A stretch of DNA of 64,000 nucleotides from an uncultured bacterium (GTDB taxonomy: Bacteria > Hydrothermota > Tepidihabitantia > Tepidihabitantales > Tepidihabitantaceae). The stretch is from assembly GCA_965370805.1 (NCBI GenBank), contig CBDUVZ010000001.1, forward strand, positions 7,250-71,249, given 5' to 3'. Below are positions 56,625 to 64,000 of the stretch, piece by piece. The position numbers and the translations under genes were made by a program. The notes under the pieces are model-generated. The model worked only from the letters and a program-made list of their open reading frames with translations, did no database searches and had not been told where the DNA came from. How positions within the stretch are numbered: position 1 is the stretch's first letter; the number at the start of each line of letters is the position of its first letter.

Positions 56625-58220
56625 ATGATTCCGTTGCTGCTTGCACTCGTATCCGTGACCGTCGACTCCAGGGTCGACTCGGTCGTCGTCTACCCGGACC
56701 AGGTCCTCGTTGTCAGGACCGCAACGGTCAGCGTGTCCGGGTCGGGCGAACTGGTCTTTTCCGGGCTCCCGGGCGGGCTCAATGACAACACCGTCCGTCT
56801 CAAGGCTCCCGGCATGCAGATCGGCGAGGTCCAGGTCATCAAGGGCTACATGGCTGAGCCGACTCCGACCGTGAAGAAGCTCGAGCAGAAGGTCAAGGGC
56901 CTCGAAGACAAACTTCAGGGACTTGACGACAAAGCCGAGATCCTGAAGGCCAAGGAGGACTTCCTGAAATCGATCAAGCTTGGGGCACCCGAACTCATTT
57001 CCAAAGAACTGCAACAGGGCAAGGTGTCTTCCGAGTCGTGGAGCAGTGCGCTGTCGTTCATGGTCAGAGAGATGGGCGAAGTGAAGGAAGGCCTGATTGG
57101 ACTCAAGCGCGACCGGGAGGCACTGGGCAAGGAGCTCGACGCCGCGCGCAGGGAATACAACGACGCCCGGGCAGCGATTGAGAACCGCAAGGAAGTCCGC
57201 TTCGAATACGATGCCGCCGCCGGCACCTACGACGTGCGGCTGGCGTATGTCATCGGCTACGGTGCAAGCTGGGCTCCGTACTACGAACTCCGCGCCCGCC
57301 CGGAAAAGGACAAGGTCGGGTTTTCCTACTACTGCAAGCTGTCGCAGCGCACCGGCGAGGACTGGAGCCGGGTCAAGGTCGTCCTTTCCACTTCGCGGCC
57401 GGTGCTGGGTCTTGTGGCCCCAACGCCGAATCCCTGGTATGTCTCCGTCTACGAAGCGCTCGCCGGCAACGCGAGGTCGAGGGGCGATTTCGACGGCCGG
57501 ATGGAGGCAGGGGCCATGGCCCCGGAAGCCGAGGCGCAGCAGGTCGTCTACGATGAAGTGGCTGCGGTGGAGACCGGCATCTCGCTCCAGTACGTGATTC
57601 CGGGCCGGGTCAGCCTCAGCAGCGGTGAGCCGGCCAAGAAGCTGATGCTGCGGGAGTCCGAGCTGTCGGCCGAATACGGGTACTACACACTGCCGCGTGC
57701 GTCTGCGCAGGCTTTCCTGCAGGGCAAGCTCGTCAACACGACGCCGTTCGTCCTGCTGGCGGGTCCGGCGAATACCTACGTCGGTGACGAATACACCGGT
57801 TCCACCTATCTTCAGTCCGTCGCCCCGGGTGAGACGACCGAAGTCAGCTTCGGCGTCGACGAACGGGTCAAGGTCACGCGAGAACTGGTCAAGAGCTTCC
57901 GGTCCAGGTCCGGTCTGTTCTCCAAGACCGAAAAGGACCAGCTCGTCTACAGGACCGTCATTCAGAACTACCATCCCAAGCTGATCGAGATCGAGGTCGT
58001 CGAGCAGGTCCCGGTGTCCCAGCAGAAGGACGTCGGCGTCAAGGTCAACAGGGTCGAGCCCAGGTGGCTCGAACACGACAAGGATGCCGGTACCTATACC
58101 TGGCGACCGGTGCTGAAGTCGGGTGAGAGGTTCGAAATCGAAGTCGACTTCACGGTCTCGCACCCACCCCTTGCCGCTTCCGGCGGACATCCGGCCATGG
58201 AGATGAAAGGACTCTTCTAG
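56625..58220 (+). CDS. DUF4140/DUF4139-family protein (MuiA mucoidy-inhibitor-like), tandem copy 1
   Basis: N-terminal VDSVVVYPDQVLVVRTATVSV (DUF4140). A coiled-coil middle region. C-terminal DUF4139-like beta-rich domain. Signal peptide. Confidence 0.65.
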   Translation: MIPLLLALVSVTVDSRVDSVVVYPDQVLVVRTATVSVSGSGELVFSGLPGGLNDNTVRLKAPGMQIGEVQVIKGYMAEPTPTVKKLEQKVKGLEDKLQGLDDKAEILKAKEDFLKSIKLGAPELISKELQQGKVSSESWSSALSFMVREMGEVKEGLIGLKRDREALGKELDAARREYNDARAAIENRKEVRFEYDAAAGTYDVRLAYVIGYGASWAPYYELRARPEKDKVGFSYYCKLSQRTGEDWSRVKVVLSTSRPVLGLVAPTPNPWYVSVYEALAGNARSRGDFDGRMEAGAMAPEAEAQQVVYDEVAAVETGISLQYVIPGRVSLSSGEPAKKLMLRESELSAEYGYYTLPRASAQAFLQGKLVNTTPFVLLAGPANTYVGDEYTGSTYLQSVAPGETTEVSFGVDERVKVTRELVKSFRSRSGLFSKTEKDQLVYRTVIQNYHPKLIEIEVVEQVPVSQQKDVGVKVNRVEPRWLEHDKDAGTYTWRPVLKSGERFEIEVDFTVSHPPLAASGGHPAMEMKGLF

Positions 58221-58232
58221 CCGCGGTATTGT

Positions 58233-58265
58233 CAGGCGGGACGGGTTGCACATCCGTCCCGCCTG
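58233..58265 (+). terminator. GC-rich hairpin CAGGCGGGACGG-gttgcacat-CCGTCCCGCCTG placed 13 nt after the stop of copy 1
   Basis: Perfect 12-bp inverted repeat. No U-tract. Confidence 0.45.
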
Positions 58266-58310
58266 CTGTATGCTGGGCGTTGTGAGTCAGGTCACGATTG
58301 TCGGTGTCGG

Positions 58311-58450
58311 CTGTGAAGCTGCTGCAGGGCGGCCGGGCTGAATCGGTATTCGATGAAGCAGAGAAAGCGATAACCCCGGGCCAGGCCACGGTCGGCTGTC
58401 AAGGCGACGTGATTCGCGGCGGGGTAATCGCGCGGGCCCGGCAGGGATGA
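58311..58450 (+). pseudogene. Degenerate duplicate of the last roughly 140 bp of mnmA (compare 56420-56559)
   Basis: About 85 % nucleotide identity by eye, preserving the reading frame up to a stop (GGGATGA). Lies between DUF4139 copies 1 and 2. Confidence 0.6.
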
Positions 58451-58498
58451 TGCGGCCGGGCTTGCGGTGGATGATGTAAACAAGCCAAAGGAGGAGCA

Positions 58499-60142
58499 AT
58501 GGTCCTACTACTGATGGCACTGGTCGGTCTGACTGTCGATTCCCGGGTGGATTCGGTTGTCGTCTACCCGAACCAGGTGATGGTTGTGCGTTCGGCCGAG
58601 GTTACGGTCAGCGGCCCGGGCGAGGTCGTGTTTGAGGACCTGCCCGGGGCCCTGCAGGACAACTCGGTGCGGATCAAGGCACCGGGAATGAGAATCGGTG
58701 AAGTGCAGGTCGAGCGCGGGTACATCGATGAGCCGACGCCGATGGTGAAGAAGCTGAAGGAACGGGTCGAGGAACTGGAACTGGAACTCCGGGAATTGGC
58801 CAACGAGCGCGAAGTGCTCAAGGCCAAGGAGAAGTTCCTGGAATCGATCCGGCTCGGCGCGCCGGAGCTGATTTCCAAAGAGTTGCAGCAGGGCAAAGTG
58901 TCGAGCGAGTCCTGGCGCAGCGCGCTTTCGTTCATGGCTGGCGAACTGGGCAAGGTGAAAGAAGGGCTGCTCGACCTTGAGCACGAAGTCAAAGAAACCC
59001 AGGAACTGCTTGAGGCTGCCCGGCGGGAATACAACGCGGCCCGGGCCCGGATTGAGAACCGCAAGGACGTGAGCTTCAATTTCTCGGCCCGGGCCGGGAC
59101 GTACCAGGTGAAACTGGGATACGTCATCGGGCACAGCGCGGGCTGGGTGCCCTACTATGAACTGAGAGCAAGGCCGGACAAGGGCAAGGTCGAGTTGACC
59201 TACTTCGCCAAACTGTCCCAGAGCACGGGCGAGGACTGGGACCGGGTGAAAGTGGTGCTTTCCACGACCAGGCCCGCGGTGGTGGTCACCGCGCCTGAGC
59301 CCAAGCCCTGGTATCTGAGCCTGGTGGACTTGTACGCGTACCGGGCCAATAAGCAGGCGGCGCAGAGGAAGGTGCTTGGCGCAGACCAGAAGGGCGTGGT
59401 GCAGCGCATGATCATCGACGACGAGTTCGCAAGACTACCGGTCGAGGACATGTCGGATCTGAGCGGGATGCAGGGCGGCGTCGCAACACGAAGGCCGCCG
59501 CCGGTCCTGGTCGAGGAAACCGGCATTTCACTTCAGTACGTTGTGCCGGGACGGGTGTCCCTGAAGAGCGGGGAACCGCTCAAGAAGCTGCAACTACGTG
59601 AAGCCGGGCTTGACGTTGAGTTCGGATACTTCTGCGTTCCTCGCGTGAAGCAGCAGGCATTCCTGACCGGCAGGATGGTGAACACGACCGACTTCGTTCT
59701 CCTGGACGGGGAGGCGAGCACTTATGTCGGGGACGAGTTCACCGGTACGACCTGGCTGGATGCGGCCGCGCCCCAGGAATCGACCGAAGTCAGCTTTGGC
59801 ATCGACGAGCGGGTCAAAGTGCAGCGGGAGCTGGTCAAGAGCTTCAAGTCCACCGGCGGGCTGTTCTCCAAGACCGAGAAGCTGCAGTTCTGGTACAGAA
59901 CCACGGTCGAGAATTTCCACCCCGAGTCGATGGAAATCAGGATTGTGGAACTGACCCCGGTCTCGAAGCAGAAGGAGATCAAGGTGACGGTCGGCCGGGT
60001 GGAGCCGAAGCCGGATAAGTATGAGAAGGAGAAGGGCTTCCGCACCTGGAAACGGACAATCGAGCCCCAGGGCAAGCTCGAGCTGGAGATTGAGTTCACA
60101 GTTGAGTATCCGCCAAACAAGCGCGTGCAGGGGTTGTTCTAG
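58499..60142 (+). CDS. DUF4140/DUF4139-family protein (MuiA-like), tandem copy 2
   Basis: Same architecture as copy 1 with about 60-70 % identity. AAAGGAGGAG RBS. Confidence 0.65.
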   Translation: MVLLLMALVGLTVDSRVDSVVVYPNQVMVVRSAEVTVSGPGEVVFEDLPGALQDNSVRIKAPGMRIGEVQVERGYIDEPTPMVKKLKERVEELELELRELANEREVLKAKEKFLESIRLGAPELISKELQQGKVSSESWRSALSFMAGELGKVKEGLLDLEHEVKETQELLEAARREYNAARARIENRKDVSFNFSARAGTYQVKLGYVIGHSAGWVPYYELRARPDKGKVELTYFAKLSQSTGEDWDRVKVVLSTTRPAVVVTAPEPKPWYLSLVDLYAYRANKQAAQRKVLGADQKGVVQRMIIDDEFARLPVEDMSDLSGMQGGVATRRPPPVLVEETGISLQYVVPGRVSLKSGEPLKKLQLREAGLDVEFGYFCVPRVKQQAFLTGRMVNTTDFVLLDGEASTYVGDEFTGTTWLDAAAPQESTEVSFGIDERVKVQRELVKSFKSTGGLFSKTEKLQFWYRTTVENFHPESMEIRIVELTPVSKQKEIKVTVGRVEPKPDKYEKEKGFRTWKRTIEPQGKLELEIEFTVEYPPNKRVQGLF

Positions 60143-60161
60143 GACCGGCTGCATGGCATCG

Positions 60162-60191
60162 GGCGGGGCCTTCGGGCCCCGCCTTTTCGTT
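60162..60191 (+). terminator. Rho-independent terminator GGCGGGGCC-ttcg-GGCCCCGCC followed by TTTTCGTT
   Basis: 9-bp GC stem, tetraloop and a U-rich tail 20 nt after the stop of copy 2. Confidence 0.65.
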
Positions 60192-60288
60192 CGGGCGTTT
60201 GAAGTCGGGACCGCACCGGGTGGAATGAATCGGCCGGGCCGGGTGTATCTGGTTATGTCGAGAACAGTCTGAACCATAAGGAGGAGTA

Positions 60289-61866
60289 ATGGTCCCATTG
60301 TTGCTGGCGCTCGTGAGCCTGACCGTCAACTCAAAGGTCGATTCCGTAGTGGTCTACCCGAACCAGGTCACGGTCGTGCGGACCGCGAAAGCGACCGTTT
60401 CAGGCTCGGGCGAACTGGTTTTCCCCGGGCTGCCCGGAGCTTTGATGGACAATACGGTGCGCATCAAGGCACCGGGAATGAGAATCGGTGAGGTCCAGGT
60501 GAGGCATGGCTACCTGGATGAGCCGACACCCGCGGTGAGGAAGCTGAAGGACAGGGTTGAGGACCTTGAGGATGACCTCAGGGGACTGCGGGACGAACAG
60601 GAGGTTCTCAAGGCCAAGGAGGAGTTCCTCAAGTCAATCAAGCTCGGCGCGCCGGAGATAATCTCCAAGGAGCTGCAGCAGGGCAAGGTCTCGACCCAGT
60701 CCTGGCGTGGTGCTTTGTCGTTCATGGCCGAGGAGCTGGGCAAGGCGAAGGCGCGGGTCCTGGAACTGGAGCACGAAGTCAAGGACGTCGAGGAGCTGCT
60801 CAACGCGGCGCGGCAGGAGTACAATGCGGCCCGGGCCCGAATCGAGAACCGGAAAGAAGTGCAGTTCGACTTCGATGCCGGTGCCGGTACGTACCAGGTG
60901 CGTCTGTCGTACGTTATCAGCAGCGGAGCCAACTGGTCGCCGTACTACGAACTGCGGGCCCGTCCGGACAAGGGCAAGGTCGATATGGCCTATTTCGCCC
61001 GGCTGTCCCAGCGCACGGGCGAAGACTGGAACCGGGTGAGAGTGGTGCTTTCCACTTCCATGCCGATGTCCGGGATTGCAGCGCCGACTCCGTATCCGTG
61101 GTACCTGTCAGTCATCGAAGCGTTCGGCAGGGTCACGGGCAAGACGCGCGGCATGCCGCTGGCGGGCGCGATGGCCGGGGAGCGGACCATCGACGAGTTC
61201 GATCTGGACGGCAGACTGGAAGCTCAGGTCCAGGCGGTCGAAACCGGGATTTCGCTCCAGTACGTGATACCGGGCCGGGTGACGCTCGCCAGCGGCGAGC
61301 CCCCGAAGAAGTTGAAGCTGCACGAGACCGGGCTTGAGGCCGAGTTCGATTACTACACTCTACCCCGGGCGCGCGCCCAGGCGTTCCTCCAGGGCAGGCT
61401 GGTCAATACCACGGAGTTCGTATTCCTGGCCGGTGAGGGCAACACTTATGTCGGGGACGAGTTCACCGGCACGACCTGGCTGCCCGCGGTTGCGCCCGAG
61501 GAATCGACCGAAGTCAGCTTTGGGGTCGACGAGCGGGTCAAGGTGACGCGCGAGTTGGTGAAGAGCTTCAAATCCAGGTCCGGGCTGTTCAAGAAGACCG
61601 AGAAAGTACAGTTCGTGTACAAGATTACGGTCGAGAACTTCCATCCCAAGCCGGTCGAAATCAGAATCGTCGAGCAGGTGCCGGTCTCCCAGCAGAAGGA
61701 GATCAAGGTGAGCGTGACCAGGGTGGAACCGAGGTTCCTTGAGCAGGACAAGGAGAAGGGGACTTTCACCTGGAAACCGACCATGGAGCCGAGAGGCAGG
61801 TTCGAGATCGACTTCGAGTTCACGGTCGAGTATCCGGCCGGGCGCAGGATACAAGGGCTGTATTAG
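60289..61866 (+). CDS. DUF4140/DUF4139-family protein (MuiA-like), tandem copy 3
   Basis: Same architecture. AAGGAGGAG RBS. Confidence 0.65.
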   Translation: MVPLLLALVSLTVNSKVDSVVVYPNQVTVVRTAKATVSGSGELVFPGLPGALMDNTVRIKAPGMRIGEVQVRHGYLDEPTPAVRKLKDRVEDLEDDLRGLRDEQEVLKAKEEFLKSIKLGAPEIISKELQQGKVSTQSWRGALSFMAEELGKAKARVLELEHEVKDVEELLNAARQEYNAARARIENRKEVQFDFDAGAGTYQVRLSYVISSGANWSPYYELRARPDKGKVDMAYFARLSQRTGEDWNRVRVVLSTSMPMSGIAAPTPYPWYLSVIEAFGRVTGKTRGMPLAGAMAGERTIDEFDLDGRLEAQVQAVETGISLQYVIPGRVTLASGEPPKKLKLHETGLEAEFDYYTLPRARAQAFLQGRLVNTTEFVFLAGEGNTYVGDEFTGTTWLPAVAPEESTEVSFGVDERVKVTRELVKSFKSRSGLFKKTEKVQFVYKITVENFHPKPVEIRIVEQVPVSQQKEIKVSVTRVEPRFLEQDKEKGTFTWKPTMEPRGRFEIDFEFTVEYPAGRRIQGLY

Positions 61867-61884
61867 AGCCGGCTGCGCGATATC

Positions 61885-61917
61885 GGGCGGGGCGGGTGGA
61901 AATCCCGCCCCGTTTTG
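61885..61917 (+). terminator. Terminator-like hairpin GGGCGGGGCGGG-tggaaat-CCCGCCCCG followed by TTTTG. Homologous to the terminator after copy 2
   Basis: Direct reading. The sequence agccggctgcgcgatatcgggcgggg resembles gaccggctgcatggcatcgggcgggg at 60143-60168. Confidence 0.55.
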
Positions 61918-63288
61918 CGTATGCTTCAGGACGTGACAGTCGATATCATCGGTGCGGGCCTGGCCGGATGCGAAGCGGCGCTGCAATGTGCGCGGTTCGG
62001 AGTCCGGGCACGACTCCACGAGATGCGGCCCGGTGTCCAGACCGAAGCGCATCGGACCGGCGACGTTGCGGAACTGGTCTGTTCCAATTCGCTCAAGTCA
62101 ACCGAGCCGCACAATGCCCACGGTCTGCTGAAGGCAGAGTTGGGTATCTTCGGCTCGGTGTTGCTCCAATGCGCGGCGCGGGCGGGGATTCCGGGCGGCA
62201 AGGCGCTGGTAGTTGACCGGCAGCGGTTTTCGGCCGAGGTGGCAGGGGAACTTGCCCGGGCTGGGGTTGAGGTGATTCGCGGGGAAGTGGACCGAATTCC
62301 GAATGGCCCCTGCATCATCGCCACCGGGCCGTTGACGTCACCGGCCCTGGCTGAGGCGCTGACCAGCCTGTTGGGCGTGGAACGGCTGTTCTTCTTTGAC
62401 GCGATTGCGCCGGTGGTCGCGGCTGACTCGATAGACATGAATCTGGTATTTGCGGGTTCGCGCTACGGTGTGGGCGCGGATTACCTGAACTGCCCGCTGG
62501 ACCGGGAGCAGTACGGCCGGCTGGTTGACGAACTGGTCCGGGCCGAGCTGCACCCGGTGCACGAGTTCGAGCGGACGCGCCTGTTCGAGGGCTGCCTGCC
62601 GGTCGAGGAACTGGCGCGCAGGGGCAGGCAGACTTTGGCATTCGGTCCACTCAAGCCGGTCGGGCTCATTGACCCGAAAACCGGCACCCGGGCGTTCGCA
62701 GTGGTGCAACTGCGCCGGGAGAATGCCGAAGGGACGATGTTCAACCTCGTCGGGTTCCAGACAAGGCTCAAGCAGGGAGAGCAGCGCCGGGTGTTCCGGA
62801 TGATTCCCGGGCTGGAGCAGGCCGAGTTCCTGCGCTATGGCAGCATGCACCGGAACACGTACCTTGACGGTCCGAAGGTGCTGCTGCCGACCCTGCAGAC
62901 GCGCGCGCGGCCGGACCTGTTCATCGCAGGCCAGTTGACCGGTGTCGAAGGATACGTCGAATCAATCGGAGCCGGTCTGGTTGCCGGAGTCAATGCGGCC
63001 CGGGTCTGCCTGCGGAAAGGGGTCAAGGGGTCGAGGGGTCGAGGGGTCAATGGGGGTGGCCGAGCGAGCGCTGGCCGGGAGCCGGTCCGGTTCCCGGAAC
63101 CGACGATGCTTGGCGGGTTGCTGAAGTACATCACGATGCAGAACGAGGAGTTTCAGCCGATGAACGCCAACTTCGGGCTGCTGCCGTCGCTGGAGGAGAA
63201 GGCCCGGGGCAGGGAGAAGCGCCGGCTGCTGGCAGAACGGGCGCTGGCTGTGGCCGGAGGGTACGATCTCGATTCGGGCGGAACGTAA
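61915..63288 (+). CDS. trmFO: Methylenetetrahydrofolate--tRNA-(uracil54-C5)-methyltransferase TrmFO (Gid)
   Basis: FAD-binding IIGAGLAGCEAA. Conserved TrmFO core. The likely start is ATG 61921. Contains a Gly-rich insertion encoded by a short tandem repeat at 63019-63052. Confidence 0.85.
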   Translation: MRMLQDVTVDIIGAGLAGCEAALQCARFGVRARLHEMRPGVQTEAHRTGDVAELVCSNSLKSTEPHNAHGLLKAELGIFGSVLLQCAARAGIPGGKALVVDRQRFSAEVAGELARAGVEVIRGEVDRIPNGPCIIATGPLTSPALAEALTSLLGVERLFFFDAIAPVVAADSIDMNLVFAGSRYGVGADYLNCPLDREQYGRLVDELVRAELHPVHEFERTRLFEGCLPVEELARRGRQTLAFGPLKPVGLIDPKTGTRAFAVVQLRRENAEGTMFNLVGFQTRLKQGEQRRVFRMIPGLEQAEFLRYGSMHRNTYLDGPKVLLPTLQTRARPDLFIAGQLTGVEGYVESIGAGLVAGVNAARVCLRKGVKGSRGRGVNGGGRASAGREPVRFPEPTMLGGLLKYITMQNEEFQPMNANFGLLPSLEEKARGREKRRLLAERALAVAGGYDLDSGGT

Positions 63289-63429
63289 CGTTGACACGTC
63301 CGGGATCCTTCCCTATGCTGCCTGCGCGATGGATACGACTGTCGTCCGATTGAACGCTTGGAGCGCCGGGCGATTGACGCTCGGGCGTGCTCGGCCGCGC
63401 GGGTGGATGTGTTTCCCGCAGGAGGAGTC

Positions 63430-64000
63430 GTGAACCTGCAGATCAGGAAAGCCGTGCTCGGTCCGGACGATGAGATCTGGGTTAATATAGGTAACCGGGC
63501 ACGCGCCGAGGACCCTGAGTTCACTCCCTCGACCGCAGATGAGTACCGGAAGTGGCAGAAAGCGCCGTGGTTCAATCCCGAAGGCCGGTTCATCGCGGAG
63601 TTTGACGGGAAGCCGGTCGGCAGGGTGCTCGGGCATGTGGACAAGGAGCGTGCGGAGAAGCAGGGGTTCCTGAACGGCCCGGCGGTGATTCCCGAGGCCC
63701 GGCGTCGAGGCATCGGTACGGCGCTCGCGCGCCGGGCGCTCGAAAGCCTGAAGACACGCGGGATGGAAACGGTCCAGGGAGATGCGCAGGGCTGGAACGA
63801 AGCGGCCCAGGCGTTCATCGAGACGCTTCGGTTCAAGCAGGTGCGGGTGTTCAGCACGATGGAGGCCGACCTGGCCGCGATTCCGCACGGGGTCGGGGAG
63901 AGCGTCACGGTTCAGTTGGAACTCATCGACAAGTCGGAAGAAGACGCGCGGCTGCTGGTTCGGCTCGAAAACGAGAGCTTCAAGGAGCATTTCAATCACC
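63430..64000 (+). CDS. GNAT-family N-acetyltransferase; 3' end beyond the window
   Basis: GTG start 8 nt after GGAGGAG. Acetyl-CoA-binding motif RRRGIGTALARRAL. The ORF runs to the window edge without a stop. Confidence 0.7.
   Translation, partial: MNLQIRKAVLGPDDEIWVNIGNRARAEDPEFTPSTADEYRKWQKAPWFNPEGRFIAEFDGKPVGRVLGHVDKERAEKQGFLNGPAVIPEARRRGIGTALARRALESLKTRGMETVQGDAQGWNEAAQAFIETLRFKQVRVFSTMEADLAAIPHGVGESVTVQLELIDKSEEDARLLVRLENESFKEHFNH

Noticed and set aside
56505-58253. 582-aa minus-strand ORF antisense to DUF4139 copy 1, and similar ORFs antisense to copies 2 and 3
   Set aside because: The plus-strand copies have RBSs, signal peptides and mutual protein-level conservation; the antisense frames do not.

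Overview
This is a 64-kb segment of a high-GC (about 63-65 %) bacterial chromosome. Dense standard translation machinery and the absence of introns support that call. Many predicted secreted proteins end in a T9SS/Por-type C-terminal sorting domain, and several genes sit behind sigma70-like TTGACA/TAnnnT promoters whose -10 box lies only 6-8 nt upstream of the start codon (leaderless-type). Together these suggest an FCB-superphylum-like high-GC lineage such as Gemmatimonadota or a related candidate phylum; that phylum call is inference.

Housekeeping content:
- a TolC/HlyD efflux pair at the 5' edge
- ribF-truB-rbfA
- a SpoIID-like protein and pdaD
- tRNA-Ala(CGC) and tRNA-Ser(GGA)
- accD
- an orphan MalK/UgpC-type ABC ATPase
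- a Na/Pi cotransporter with a PhoU-like partner
- tldD/pmbA
- an RseC-like protein, an ECF sigma factor and a zinc anti-sigma factor
- mnmA, trmFO and a GNAT acetyltransferase at the 3' edge

Accessory content:
1. A caspase island (4.3-10.4 kb): an operon of an LVIVD-repeat lipoprotein, two large caspase (C14) proteins carrying TPR/CARDB-like domains, and a small lipoprotein. Next to it is a decayed chimeric gene fragment.
2. A Lia/Psp-like envelope-stress module (20.7-22.8 kb): DUF2089, a DUF4097 YvlB/LiaX-like protein, two small paralogous membrane proteins and a LiaX-N-like protein.
3. A lower-GC insertion beside tRNA-Ser (26.9-29.8 kb), flanked by 29-bp direct repeats. It carries one large protein that stacks RNAP-alpha-CTD-like HhH, sigma70-region-4-like HTH and HARE-HTH modules, followed by an MntA antitoxin and a truncated HepT toxin remnant.
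4. A cluster of T9SS-CTD cargo genes (37.6-47.4 kb): PLD-like, beta-lactamase-like, YVTN propeller, LVIVD propeller and a large tandem-repeat protein. Their CTD-coding ends are conserved at the nucleotide level.
5. A tandem triplication of DUF4139 (MuiA-like) genes. The duplication unit begins inside the 3' end of mnmA.

A conserved 32-nt motif lies 14-15 nt upstream of the -35 box of three unrelated genes. No CRISPR array, rRNA, transposase or integrase gene was seen.
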